Position numbers and translations under genes: made by a program. From Hydrogenophaga sp. (GTDB lineage: Bacteria; Pseudomonadota; Gammaproteobacteria; Burkholderiales; Burkholderiaceae_C), in assembly GCF_011390835.1 (NCBI RefSeq), contig NZ_JAABRQ010000018.1, forward strand, positions 20,255 to 84,254: DNA of 64,000 nt. Direction: 5' to 3'. The notes beneath the pieces were generated by a model. The model was given only the letters and a program-made list of their open reading frames with translations, did no database searches and was not told the DNA's origin. Numbering within the stretch: position 1 is the first letter of the stretch; the number at the start of each line of letters is the position of its first letter. This document shows, piece after piece, positions 8,553 to 18,477 of the stretch.

Positions 8553-9521
8553 ATGAACGCCGACGCCATTGTTTTCCAGCAGCCCTGCCAGCTCTCGGTC
8601 CGTAGCCTGCCAATGCGCGCCATGGTGGACGGTGACGTGGAAGTCGAAGTGAGCCACAGCGGCATCAGCACCGGTACCGAGCGCCTGCTCTGGGACGGCA
8701 GCATGCCGCCCTTCCCCGGCATGGGCTACCCGCTGGTTCCTGGCTACGAAACCGTGGGCCGGGTGGTAAGCACCCAGGGAGCCTGTGGCCAAGGCCAGGG
8801 CCAGGGCTGCATCAGCGTCGGAGACTGGGTGTTTGTGCCCGGCTCCTACAGCTTCGAAGGCGTGCACAACCTGTTTGGCGGCGCAGGCTCGCGACTGATC
8901 GTGCCCCACGACCGTGCGGTGCGCCTAGCGCGCGACCTCGGCGCCGACGCCGTGCTCCTCGCCCTGGCTGCCACCGCGTACCACACCGTGGCCTGCGGCG
9001 GCGGACGCGATCCAGCTGCCCCACCCGACCTCATCGTCGGCCACGGCGTCATGGGTCGGCTGCTGGCCCGCCTCACCGTGGCCGCCGGCGCTCCCGCTCC
9101 GGTGGTCTGGGAAACCCAGCTTCGCCGTCAAGCCGGTGCCAACGGCTACAGCGTGATCGCACCCGATGACGACGACCGCAAGGATTACCGCGCGATCTAC
9201 GACGTGAGTGGCGACGCCGCCATCCTGCACCGCGTGATTCCGCGCCTGGCCAAGGGCGGCGAGGTGGTGCTGGCCGGCTTCTACAAGCAAGACATCTCTT
9301 TCGCCTACGCCCCCGCCTTCATGCGCGAGGCGCAGATCCGCATTGCCGCCGAATGGAAACGCGCCGACCTGCTCGCCGTGACCCAGCTGGTGCAAAGCGG
9401 GCGCCTTTCGCTCGACGGCCTGATCACCCACTCGCAAACCCCGGACCACGCGGCCCGGGCTTACGAAACCGCTTTTGCGGACCCCGACTGTCTAAAGATG
9501 GTCCTCGACTGGAGACACTGA
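8553..9521 (+). CDS. bchC: 3-hydroxyethyl bacteriochlorophyllide a dehydrogenase
   Basis: SGISTGTERLLW.G.MPPFPGMGYPLVPGYE, KMVLDWR C-terminus; precedes bchX. Confidence 0.95.
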   Translation: MNADAIVFQQPCQLSVRSLPMRAMVDGDVEVEVSHSGISTGTERLLWDGSMPPFPGMGYPLVPGYETVGRVVSTQGACGQGQGQGCISVGDWVFVPGSYSFEGVHNLFGGAGSRLIVPHDRAVRLARDLGADAVLLALAATAYHTVACGGGRDPAAPPDLIVGHGVMGRLLARLTVAAGAPAPVVWETQLRRQAGANGYSVIAPDDDDRKDYRAIYDVSGDAAILHRVIPRLAKGGEVVLAGFYKQDISFAYAPAFMREAQIRIAAEWKRADLLAVTQLVQSGRLSLDGLITHSQTPDHAARAYETAFADPDCLKMVLDWRH

Positions 9522-10528
9522 TGAACGCACCCGAAATCAAGAGTCACCCGGTCAACTTCCAGGCCCAGTTGCGCCAGGAAGCGGCCATCGAGCCCGATCC
9601 GGTGCACACCGGTGAGGTGAAAAAAGAGACGCAGATCATTGCGATCTACGGCAAGGGCGGCATCGGCAAAAGCTTCACCCTGGCCAACCTCAGCTACATG
9701 ATGGCGCAGCAGGGCAAGAAGGTGTTGCTGATCGGCTGCGACCCCAAGAGCGACACAACCAGCCTGCTGTTTGGTGGCCGTGCCTGCCCCACCATCATCG
9801 AAACCAGCAGCAAGAAAAAGCTGGCAGGTGAGGCGGTGGCCATCGGCGACGTCTGCTTCAAGCGCGACGGCGTCTACGCCATGGAGCTCGGCGGTCCCGA
9901 GGTCGGCCGCGGCTGCGGCGGTCGCGGCATCATCCACGGCTTCGAGCTGCTGGAGAAGCTGGGCTTTCACGAGTGGGGCTTTGACTACGTGCTGCTCGAC
10001 TTCCTGGGCGACGTGGTCTGCGGCGGCTTTGGTCTGCCAATCGCCCGCGACATGTGCCAGAAGGTCATCGTCGTGGCGAGCAACGACCTGCAGTCGCTCT
10101 ATGTGGCCAACAACGTGTGCAGCGCGGTTGAATACTTCCGCAAACTCGGCGGCAACGTCGGCGTGGCTGGCATGGTGATCAACCGCGACGACGGCACCGG
10201 CGAGGCCAAAGCCTTTGCCGAGCAGGTCGGCATCCCGGTGCTCTCGGTGATTCCGGCCGACGACGACATCCGCCGCAAGAGCGCCAGCTACGAAATCATT
10301 GGCCGGCCCGACTCGGTCTGGGGTCCGATGTTCGCCGAGCTGGCGCACAACGTTGGCGAGTCCACCCCGAAGCGGCCCAACCCGCTGTCGCAAGACGACC
10401 TGCTCGCCCTGTTCTCTGCCGCCTCGGTGGGGCGCGACGTGGTGCTTGAGCCTGCCACGCAGTTCGACATGTGTGGCCGCACCGAATCCACCAAGCCCTC
10501 CCTCGAAGTGGTCTACGACGAGGTCTGA
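9521..10528 (+). CDS. bchX: Chlorophyllide a reductase iron protein subunit X
   Basis: [47 protein letters not shown]. Confidence 0.97.
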   Translation: MNAPEIKSHPVNFQAQLRQEAAIEPDPVHTGEVKKETQIIAIYGKGGIGKSFTLANLSYMMAQQGKKVLLIGCDPKSDTTSLLFGGRACPTIIETSSKKKLAGEAVAIGDVCFKRDGVYAMELGGPEVGRGCGGRGIIHGFELLEKLGFHEWGFDYVLLDFLGDVVCGGFGLPIARDMCQKVIVVASNDLQSLYVANNVCSAVEYFRKLGGNVGVAGMVINRDDGTGEAKAFAEQVGIPVLSVIPADDDIRRKSASYEIIGRPDSVWGPMFAELAHNVGESTPKRPNPLSQDDLLALFSAASVGRDVVLEPATQFDMCGRTESTKPSLEVVYDEV

Positions 10529-10531
10529 GCC

Positions 10532-12073
10532 ATGAACGGCACCACCATCCCCATCGTCCCGCTGAAGGTGCCCACGGCCGTCGACGGCGATGGCATGGGC
10601 TGCCATTCGGGCGGTGACACGCTGCTGGCGGCGGCGAAGTCCGCCGGCAAGAGCGAGGTACTGAACCGCTACGCCCAGGACTATCCCAAGCGCGAACAGC
10701 AAGGCCCGCACGACCAGCCGCAAAGCATGTGCCCCGCATTCGGCTCGCTGCGCGTCGGTCTGCGCATGCGTCGCACCGCCACCATCCTCAGCGGCTCGGC
10801 CTGCTGCGTCTATGGCCTCACCTTCACCAGCCACTTTTACGGCGCGCGCCGCAGCGTGGGCTATGTGCCGTTCAACAGCGAATCGCTGGTCACCGGCAAG
10901 CTGTTTGAAGACATCCGCGAGGCGGTGCACGCCCAGGCGGATCCGACCCAGCTCGACGCCATCGTCATCATCAACCTCTGCGTACCCACCGCCAGCGGCG
11001 TACCGCTGCAGCTGCTGCCCACCGCCATCAACGGCGTTCGCATCATCGGCATCGACGTGCCCGGCTTTGGCGTGCCGACACACGCCGAGGCGAAAGACGT
11101 GCTCACCGGTGCGATGCTGAAGTACGCGCGCCAGGAGATCATGGCTGGCCCGGTGCCGGCGCCGCGCCAGGCCCGCAGCGACAAGCCCACCATCACGCTG
11201 CTGGGCGAAATGTTCCCGGCAGACCCGATGCTGATCGCGCAGATGATCGCGCCCATGGACCTGGCCGTGGGCACGGTCGCCCCCACCCGCGAATGGCGCG
11301 AGTTGTATGCCGCGCTGGACGGCACGGCTGTGGCCGCCATCCACCCCTTCTACACCGCCAGCATCCGGGAGTTTGAGGCCGCTGGCCGGCCCATCGTCGG
11401 CTCGGCGCCGGTGGGCGTGGACGGCACGCACGACTGGCTGGGCGCCATTGGACAGGCCACCGGTGTGCCGCAGGCGCGCATTGACGCCGCGCGCAACCAG
11501 ACGCTGGCCGCCATCCGCGGCGTGCTGTCACAACAGAAAATCCACGGTCGGATCACGCTCAGCGGCTACGAAGGTTCCGAGTTGCTGGTGGGCCGCCTGC
11601 TGGTCGAGTGCGGCGCCGATCTGCGCTATGTCGGCTCGGCCTGCCCGGCCACGCCCTGGAATGCACATGATGCCGAGTGGCTGCGCGCCAAGGGTGTTCA
11701 GGTGCAGTTCCGCGCCTCACTCGAAAACGATCTCGACGCGCTGCACGAATACCAGCCGCAGCTGGCCATCGGCACGACGCCGGTGGTGCAGGCCGCCAAG
11801 GAAGCCTGCGTGCCGGCGCTTTACTACACCAACCTGATTTCGGCGCGCCCTCTGATGGGCGTCGCTGGCGCCGGATCGTTGATCCAGGTGATCAACGCCG
11901 CCATAGGCAACCAGGCGCGCTTCGACGCAATGAAAGACTTTTTCGGCAGCGTCGGCCAAGGCGACAAAGCTGGCGTGTGGGAAGGCGTGCCCCAGGCGTT
12001 CCCGAACTTCCGCAAGGAAATGCGACGCCAGAATGAAAAAGCCGCCAAGAAGCGCGAGGCGATCGGATCATGA
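10532..12073 (+). CDS. bchY: Chlorophyllide a reductase subunit Y
   Basis: GPHDQPQSMCPAFGSLRVG, GSACCVYG, NLCVPTASG. Confidence 0.96.
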   Translation: MNGTTIPIVPLKVPTAVDGDGMGCHSGGDTLLAAAKSAGKSEVLNRYAQDYPKREQQGPHDQPQSMCPAFGSLRVGLRMRRTATILSGSACCVYGLTFTSHFYGARRSVGYVPFNSESLVTGKLFEDIREAVHAQADPTQLDAIVIINLCVPTASGVPLQLLPTAINGVRIIGIDVPGFGVPTHAEAKDVLTGAMLKYARQEIMAGPVPAPRQARSDKPTITLLGEMFPADPMLIAQMIAPMDLAVGTVAPTREWRELYAALDGTAVAAIHPFYTASIREFEAAGRPIVGSAPVGVDGTHDWLGAIGQATGVPQARIDAARNQTLAAIRGVLSQQKIHGRITLSGYEGSELLVGRLLVECGADLRYVGSACPATPWNAHDAEWLRAKGVQVQFRASLENDLDALHEYQPQLAIGTTPVVQAAKEACVPALYYTNLISARPLMGVAGAGSLIQVINAAIGNQARFDAMKDFFGSVGQGDKAGVWEGVPQAFPNFRKEMRRQNEKAAKKREAIGS

Positions 12074-12191
12074 ACACCCTCGCGTCGACCTGCGGTCGCC
12101 ACCCCCTCAAGAGGGCCAAGCGATCTGACCAGAAAAGCCGGATCTTCGGCATGTGCTGGAACGCTTCCCCGCTCTCAACGGAGGTGCTGAC

Positions 12192-13685
12192 ATGCTGGTT
12201 CTAGACCACGATCGAGCCGGCGGCTACTGGGGCGCGGTGTATGTCTTCACCGCCATCAAAGGCCTGCAGGTGGTGATCGACGGCCCGGTGGGCTGCGAGA
12301 ACCTACCGGTCACCTCGGTGCTGCACTACACCGACGCGCTGCCTCCACACGAGCTGCCCATCGTCGTCACCGGCCTGGCCGAAGAACAGCTTGGTCGCGA
12401 AGGCACCGAAGGCGCGATGAAGCGCGCCCATGCCGTGCTCGACCCTGAGCTTCCTGCTGTGGTGGTCACCGGCTCGATTGCCGAGATGATCGGCGGTGGT
12501 GTGACACCCGAGGGCACGAACCTGATGCGCTTCTTGCCGCGCACCATCGACGAAGACCAGTGGCAGTGCGCCAACCGCGCCATGTTCTGGCTCTGGAGCG
12601 AATTCGGCATGAAACAGGTGCCGGCCCGCAAGCCTTTCGCCGAGCGCCCCGCAGGTGAAAAGCCCCGCGTCAACATCATCGGGCCGAGCTACGGCACCTT
12701 CAACAGCCCCAGCGACCTTGCCGAGATCCGCCGCCTGGTGCAAGGCATCGGCGCCGAGATCAACCTGGTGTTCCCGCTGGGGTCGCACCTGTCCGAGGTA
12801 TCGCGCCTGGTCGAAGCCGATGTGAACATCTGCATGTACCGCGAGTTTGGCCGCATGCTCTGCGAAGCACTGGATCGGCCCTATCTGCAAGCGCCGATCG
12901 GCCTGCACAGCACAACCAAGTTTTTGCGCAAGCTTGGCGAACTGCTGGGACTGGACCCCGAGCCCTTCATCGAGCGCGAAAAGCACACCACCATCAAGCC
13001 GGTGTGGGACCTCTGGCGCTCGGTCACGCAAGACTTTTTCGCCACCGCCAGTTTTGCGGTGGTGGCCACCGAAACCTACGCGCGCGGCCTGCAGCACTTC
13101 CTGGAAACCGAGATGGGCTTGCCTTGCAAGTTCGCCGTCTCGCGCAAGTCCGGCGAGAAGACCGACAACGCGGCGGTGCGCGAGCTGGTGAAGACGCAGA
13201 CACCCCTGATTCTGTTCGGCAGCTACAACGAACGCATGTACTTGGCCGAGGCCGGCAGCACGGGCCCGATGCGTGCCGCCTTCATCCCGGCCTCGTTCCC
13301 AGGCGCCATCATTCGCCGCCACACCGGCACGCCGTTCATGGGCTACAGCGGTGCCACCTACCTGATTCAGGAAGTGTGCAACGCGCTGTTTGATGCGCTG
13401 TTCCACATCCTGCCGCTGGGTACCGACATGGACAAGGTCGACCCCACGCTGGCGCGCAGCACGAGCGCTGCCGCCACACCTTGGGATGACCAGGCCCAGG
13501 TCCGGCTGCACGCCCTCATTGCCAACCAGCCGGTGCTGGTGCAGATCTCGGTGGCCAAGCGGCTGCGCGACACCGCCGAGCAGCAGGCCCGGGAGGCCGG
13601 TGCACCCACAGTCCTTGCCAGCCATGTGAACACCGCCGGCGAAACGCTGGGCATGACAGCCCAGGCAGAGCGGGAGCCGGCATGA
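12192..13685 (+). CDS. bchZ: Chlorophyllide a reductase subunit Z
   Basis: [17 protein letters not shown] start with GGAGG SD; [10 protein letters not shown]; PCP-red-like C-terminus. Confidence 0.96.
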   Translation: MLVLDHDRAGGYWGAVYVFTAIKGLQVVIDGPVGCENLPVTSVLHYTDALPPHELPIVVTGLAEEQLGREGTEGAMKRAHAVLDPELPAVVVTGSIAEMIGGGVTPEGTNLMRFLPRTIDEDQWQCANRAMFWLWSEFGMKQVPARKPFAERPAGEKPRVNIIGPSYGTFNSPSDLAEIRRLVQGIGAEINLVFPLGSHLSEVSRLVEADVNICMYREFGRMLCEALDRPYLQAPIGLHSTTKFLRKLGELLGLDPEPFIEREKHTTIKPVWDLWRSVTQDFFATASFAVVATETYARGLQHFLETEMGLPCKFAVSRKSGEKTDNAAVRELVKTQTPLILFGSYNERMYLAEAGSTGPMRAAFIPASFPGAIIRRHTGTPFMGYSGATYLIQEVCNALFDALFHILPLGTDMDKVDPTLARSTSAAATPWDDQAQVRLHALIANQPVLVQISVAKRLRDTAEQQAREAGAPTVLASHVNTAGETLGMTAQAEREPA

Positions 13686-13827
13686 GCCGCGCTGCCCTCA
13701 CCCCCATTCGCGATTCGGGCCCTGCGGCCCGGTCCACCCCATGTCGTGGCATCTCGCTGCGGCTACCCATGTTGCGCGGGTTGGGCGCAGCACTGGCCTC
13801 ACGGCCAATTTGAGAAGGAGCATTCGT

Positions 13828-13971
13828 ATGGCAACGCGGACATCGATTTCCGGCCTGACCGACGAGGAAGCTCAGGAGTTCCACCAGTACTACATCCAAG
13901 GCTTTATTGGGTTCACGGCAATTGCCGTGGTGGCCCATCTCTTGGTCTGGTTCTGGCGGCCCTGGCTCTGA
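13828..13971 (+). CDS. pufB: LH1 (B870) beta polypeptide
   Basis: [12 protein letters not shown]...[14 protein letters not shown]; AAGGAG SD. Confidence 0.97.
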   Translation: MATRTSISGLTDEEAQEFHQYYIQGFIGFTAIAVVAHLLVWFWRPWL

Positions 13972-14011
13972 GTCGAGACCGGCTTAACTTTTCATGAATG
14001 GAGAAACCGCC

Positions 14012-14236
14012 ATGAACGACATGTCTTATGACACCCATAAGTCAACGCCGAGAGAAGACAAGCTGTCGTTTGTCCTGATCTTCGCACCGTGTTTCGTGCT
14101 GCTGCTGTCTGTCGCGCTGCTGGGCCATCTGGTCGGGCTGCACTGGCAGGACTGGCTGCCGGGCGCAGAGCACAAGACCAACCTCTTTGCGGGCGTGCAT
14201 GCCGCGGTTTTCACACTCATGTCCCAACTGATTTAA
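14012..14236 (+). CDS. 74-aa membrane protein between pufB and pufA (PufQ-like / puf ORF1-type)
   Basis: GGAGA SD, one hydrophobic helix (SFVLIFAPCFVLLLSVALLGHLV), WLPGAE motif; size like PufQ. Confidence 0.75.
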   Translation: MNDMSYDTHKSTPREDKLSFVLIFAPCFVLLLSVALLGHLVGLHWQDWLPGAEHKTNLFAGVHAAVFTLMSQLI

Positions 14237-14248
14237 GGAGTATTCATC

Positions 14249-14449
14249 ATGTGGAGAATTTGGCGTCTTTTCGACCCCCTTCGCACCATGGTTGCCCAGG
14301 CAGTGTTTCTGTTTGCGCTCGCAGCCATGATCCACCTCATCCTGTTGAGCACCAACAAGTTCAACTGGCTCGACGGCCCCAAGAAGGCCCCAGCTGGCTC
14401 GGCGCTCATCGCGCCCATGCCTGCTGCCACCCCAGCTGCGACGTCCTGA
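14249..14449 (+). CDS. pufA: LH1 (B870) alpha polypeptide
   Basis: [10 protein letters not shown]..., [13 protein letters not shown]; AAGGAG SD; Ala/Pro-rich C-terminal tail. Confidence 0.97.
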   Translation: MWRIWRLFDPLRTMVAQAVFLFALAAMIHLILLSTNKFNWLDGPKKAPAGSALIAPMPAATPAATS

Positions 14450-14465
14450 ACGTTGCACGAGGTGT

Positions 14466-14523
14466 GCAGATGCCGCGACCGCGCGTTTGGCTTGGCGCAG
14501 CATCTGCCCCCTCCCCATTTTTT
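14466..14523 (+). terminator. pufA-pufL intercistronic stem-loop followed by a T-run
   Basis: GCAGATGC (14466-73) pairs with GCATCTGC (14500-07); T-run near 14518-23. Confidence 0.5.
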
Positions 14524-14565
14524 GCTTGACGACCACAACACCACCTGAGTCAGGAGGGCCGCACC

Positions 14566-15405
14566 ATGGCCATGCTCAACTTTGAAAAGAAATACCGTGT
14601 TCGAGGCGGAACACTGGTTGGCGGCGACCTGTTTGATTTCTGGGTGGGCCCGTTCTGGGTCGGCTTCTTTGGTGTCACCACGATCTTCTTCACGATCCTG
14701 GGCACCGCCATGATCCTCTGGGGCGCCTCGCAAGGGCCGACCTGGAACCTCTGGCAGATCAGCATCGCCCCGCCCGACCTGTCCTACGGCCTGCGCTTCG
14801 CTCCGCTGATGGAGGGCGGCCTGTGGCAGCTCATCACCGTGTGCGCCATCGGGGCCTTCGGCTCCTGGGCCATGCGCGAGGTGGAGATCTGCCGAAAACT
14901 CGGCATCGGTTACCACGTGCCAGCCGCCTTTGCGGTGGCCATCCTGGCCTATGTGACGCTGGTGGTGATTCGCCCGGTGCTGCTGGGCGCCTGGGGGCAC
15001 GGCTTTCCCTACGGCATCTTCAGCCACCTCGACTGGGTGTCCAACGTGGGCTACCAGTACCTGCATTTCCACTACAACCCCGCACACATGATCGCGGTGA
15101 GTTTCTTTTTCGCCACCGTGTTTGCGCTCTCGCTGCACGGCTCGCTCATCCTCTCGGCGACCAATCCCATGAAGGGTGAGACGGTCAAGACGCCTGAGCA
15201 CGAGGACACCTTCTTCCGCGACACCATCGGCTACTCGATCGGCACCCTCGGCATCCACCGCCTGGGCCTGTTCCTGGCGCTGGCCGCGGTGCTGTTCAGC
15301 GCGCTGTGCATCGTCATCAGCGGACCGTTCTGGAGCCGTGGATGGCCCGAGTGGTGGGGCTGGTGGCTGAACATGCCGATCTGGGCGCAGTGGCCGCTGC
15401 AATAA
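14566..15405 (+). CDS. pufL: Reaction centre L subunit
   Basis: [43 protein letters not shown]; cofactor His residues present. Confidence 0.99.
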   Translation: MAMLNFEKKYRVRGGTLVGGDLFDFWVGPFWVGFFGVTTIFFTILGTAMILWGASQGPTWNLWQISIAPPDLSYGLRFAPLMEGGLWQLITVCAIGAFGSWAMREVEICRKLGIGYHVPAAFAVAILAYVTLVVIRPVLLGAWGHGFPYGIFSHLDWVSNVGYQYLHFHYNPAHMIAVSFFFATVFALSLHGSLILSATNPMKGETVKTPEHEDTFFRDTIGYSIGTLGIHRLGLFLALAAVLFSALCIVISGPFWSRGWPEWWGWWLNMPIWAQWPLQ

Positions 15406-15426
15406 GCACAACACGAGGAGCACAAC

Positions 15427-16404
15427 ATGGCGCAATACCAAAACCTCTTCACCACGGTGCAGGCCACTGGGCCGCTGCACCACGGTGTACCCTTGGGCCA
15501 CGGCAACAGTCCGCGCACCGGTGAGAAGCCGGCGAGCTTTCACCTGCTGGGCCGGCTGGGCAATGCCCAGATCGGACCCATCTACCTGGGCGGTCTGGGC
15601 ATTGCTTCGCTGATCCTGGGCACACTGGCCTTCAACATCATGGGCATGAACATGCTGGCCTCGGTGAACTGGGATCCGATCCAGTTCATCCGCCAGTTGT
15701 TCTGGCTCTCGCTGGAGCCGCCGCCGCCGCAATACGGCCTGTCGTTGCCGCCGCTCAACCAGGGCGGCTGGTGGCTGATGGCTGGTGGCCTCTTGACCGC
15801 CTCCTTGCTGCTCTGGTGGGCTCGCACCTACAGGCGTGCCCGAGAGCTCGGCATGGGAACGCACGTGGCCTGGGCATTTGCTGCCGCCATCTGGCTGTTT
15901 CTGGTGCTGGGGTTCTTCCGCCCCATCCTGATGGGCTCATGGAGTGAAGCCGTGCCCTTTGGCATCTTCCCCCACCTCGACTGGACCGCGGCGTTTTCAC
16001 TGCGCTATGGCAACCTGTTCTACAACCCCTTTCACGCGCTGTCGATTGCGTTCCTGTATGGCGCTACCCTGCTGTTTGCCATGCACGGCGCAACCATCCT
16101 CGCGGTGAGCAAGTTCGGTGGCGAGCGCGAGATCGAACAGATCGTGGACCGCGGCACCGCCAGCGAGCGCGCGGCCCTGTTCTGGCGCTGGACCATGGGG
16201 TTCAACGCCACCATGGAATCCATTCACCGCTGGGCCTGGTGGTTTGCGGTCCTCTGCCCCCTGGTGGGCGGCATCGGCATCCTGCTGACGGGCACCGTGG
16301 TCGACAACTGGTACCTGTGGGCCGTCAAACACGGCGTCGCACCGGCCTACCCCAATGTGTTCCCGGCCGTGATGGATCCGGCCCTGACCCCAGGAGGCCA
16401 GTGA
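15427..16404 (+). CDS. pufM: Reaction centre M subunit
   Basis: [53 protein letters not shown]. Confidence 0.99.
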   Translation: MAQYQNLFTTVQATGPLHHGVPLGHGNSPRTGEKPASFHLLGRLGNAQIGPIYLGGLGIASLILGTLAFNIMGMNMLASVNWDPIQFIRQLFWLSLEPPPPQYGLSLPPLNQGGWWLMAGGLLTASLLLWWARTYRRARELGMGTHVAWAFAAAIWLFLVLGFFRPILMGSWSEAVPFGIFPHLDWTAAFSLRYGNLFYNPFHALSIAFLYGATLLFAMHGATILAVSKFGGEREIEQIVDRGTASERAALFWRWTMGFNATMESIHRWAWWFAVLCPLVGGIGILLTGTVVDNWYLWAVKHGVAPAYPNVFPAVMDPALTPGGQ

Positions 16405-17483
16405 TGAAAGACCTGCTCAAAACCCCCGCCACCTGGCTCAAGACGCTGGCGCTCGGCTCCCTGGTACTGCTTACTGCCTGCGAGCGTCCACCCATGGACA
16501 CCGTGCAACACGGCTACCGGGGCACTGGCATGGTCCAGGTGTACAACCCGCGCACCCTGGAGGGCGTGATCGAGGCCAACGTGGTTCCAGAGGCCCAACC
16601 GCCCGCCTCGGCAGATGGCCCCAAGGCCGGCGATGTTTATCAGAACGTCAAGGTGCTCGGCGACCTGAGCGTGGGTGAGTTCACCCGGCTGATGGTGTCG
16701 ATGACGGCCTGGGTATCGCCCGAGAAGGGTTGCAACTACTGCCACAACGCCGGCAACTTCGCCGACGACAGCCTCTACACCAAGATCGTGGCTCGCAAGA
16801 TGGTGCAGATGACGCAGACCATCAACAGCAAGTGGCAGAACCACGTGGGTCAGGCAGGTGTCACTTGCTTCACTTGCCACCGCGGTCAACCCGTGCCCAA
16901 GTTCGTCTGGTTCACCGCCGATTCGCAGCCCCAGGGATCCAATTTCATCGGTGACAAGGCCGGGCAGAACACGCCAGCGCCAAGCGTCAAGCTGACTTCG
17001 CTGCCCTACGACCCGTTTACGTCGTATCTGCTGGGCAACGAGCCGATCCGCGTGGCCGGCACCACCGCCCTGCCCGCCGGCAACACCAGCAGCATCCAGC
17101 GCACCGAAAAGACCTACGCGCTCATGACGCACATGGCGGGCTCGCTGGGCGTGAACTGCACCTTCTGCCACAACACACACTCCTTTGGCGCCTGGGACGG
17201 CGCACCGCCGCAGCGTGCCACCGCATACCACGGTATCCGCATGACCCGCGAGGTCAACAACGACTTCCTCGTGCCCCTGACCGACACCTTCCCCACCGAG
17301 CGCAAGGGCGAACTGGGCGACGTGGCCAAGCTCAACTGCGCCACCTGCCACCAGGGCGCGTACAAGCCGCTGTTTGGCCAGTCCATGCTCAAGGATCACC
17401 CGGAACTGGCCACGCTGCGCGCGGCCTTTGCCAAAGCGCCTGCGGTGGTGGAGCCGGTGGCAACGCCCGCTGCTGCACAGTGA
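16404..17483 (+). CDS. pufC: Reaction-centre-bound tetraheme cytochrome c subunit
   Basis: Lipobox LTAC; four CxxCH motifs (CNYCH, CFTCH, CTFCH, CATCH). Confidence 0.98.
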   Translation: MKDLLKTPATWLKTLALGSLVLLTACERPPMDTVQHGYRGTGMVQVYNPRTLEGVIEANVVPEAQPPASADGPKAGDVYQNVKVLGDLSVGEFTRLMVSMTAWVSPEKGCNYCHNAGNFADDSLYTKIVARKMVQMTQTINSKWQNHVGQAGVTCFTCHRGQPVPKFVWFTADSQPQGSNFIGDKAGQNTPAPSVKLTSLPYDPFTSYLLGNEPIRVAGTTALPAGNTSSIQRTEKTYALMTHMAGSLGVNCTFCHNTHSFGAWDGAPPQRATAYHGIRMTREVNNDFLVPLTDTFPTERKGELGDVAKLNCATCHQGAYKPLFGQSMLKDHPELATLRAAFAKAPAVVEPVATPAAAQ

Positions 17484-17524
17484 TTGCCTGAGCACCAGCG
17501 GTCTTGCCACAGGATGTGTCCCCC

Positions 17525-18466
17525 ATGCAAGTTGTGCTGGCCCAGCCGCGCGGCTTCTGCGCTGGGGTGACGCGAGCGATCGAGATCGTTGAGCGCGCAC
17601 TCGCCGGGCATGGGGCGCCGGTCCATGTATTCCACGAGATCGTGCACAACCAGTGGGTGGTGAACGATCTGCGTGACCGCGGTGCGGTGTTTGTTGACAG
17701 CATCGAACAGGTGCCGGTCGGCGGCACCGTGGTGTTCAGTGCCCATGGCGTGTCCACCCAGGTGGTGGCGCAGGCTCGGCGGCTCGGCCTGAACACCATC
17801 GACGCCACCTGCCCACTGGTGAGCAAAGTCCATCAGCAGGCGCAGCGCTTCGCGCGCATGGGTCATGTGCTGGTGATGATCGGTCACGCCGGTCACGAGG
17901 AAGTGCAAGGCACGATCGGTTGCGTCAACGCGCCGGTGCACCTGGTGAGCAGCACCGCCGATGCGAACGCCTTGCGCCTGCCTGCCGATGCCCCGGTGGC
18001 CTACGTGACGCAGACCACCTTGAGCATCGACGACACGCGAGACATCATTGATGCCCTCTCAAAGCGTTTTGTGCACCTCGTTGGTCCCGATGTGGACGGT
18101 ATCTGCTACGCCACGCAGAACCGCCAGATCGCGGTCCGCGCGCTGGCCGAGCAAGTCGATCTGGTGCTGGTGGTCGGCGCGCGAAACAGCTCCAACTCCA
18201 ACCGCTTGCGCGAAGTGGCCGATCGCGTCGGCGTGGATGCTCACCTGGTGCAAGACGCCACCGAGATCCGCGCCGAGTGGCTCTCAGGTGCCGCCCGCGT
18301 GGGCGTGACCTCGGGCGCCTCCACGCCCGAGTTACTCGTTCAAGAAGTGGTCCATGCCCTTCAGGCCCGGCACAACGGGCCGGTGGTCCCGGTGCTGCAG
18401 TTGCCAGGGGTGCAGGAAGACGTGCTGTTCCGGCTGCCAGCCGAGTTCAGCGAGCCTGTCAGCTGA
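17525..18466 (+). CDS. ispH: 4-hydroxy-3-methylbut-2-enyl diphosphate reductase
   Basis: PRGFCAGV, HEIVHN, FSAHGV, DATCPLVSKVH, GHAGHEEV, ICYATQNRQ, SSNSNRL, GVTSGASTPE. Confidence 0.96.
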   Translation: MQVVLAQPRGFCAGVTRAIEIVERALAGHGAPVHVFHEIVHNQWVVNDLRDRGAVFVDSIEQVPVGGTVVFSAHGVSTQVVAQARRLGLNTIDATCPLVSKVHQQAQRFARMGHVLVMIGHAGHEEVQGTIGCVNAPVHLVSSTADANALRLPADAPVAYVTQTTLSIDDTRDIIDALSKRFVHLVGPDVDGICYATQNRQIAVRALAEQVDLVLVVGARNSSNSNRLREVADRVGVDAHLVQDATEIRAEWLSGAARVGVTSGASTPELLVQEVVHALQARHNGPVVPVLQLPGVQEDVLFRLPAEFSEPVS

Positions 18467-18477
18467 GGCATCACCGG

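Noticed and set aside
9461-11431. 656-aa antisense ORF, plus many other long antisense or alternate-frame ORFs (e.g. 14233-15864, 42101-43738, 24412-25824)
   Set aside because: Shadow ORFs expected in GC-rich coding DNA; they overlap well-supported genes and show no recognisable domains.
14381-14449. Ala/Pro-rich C-terminal tail of PufA
   Set aside because: C-terminal extensions of LH1 alpha, often processed, are known in purple bacteria.
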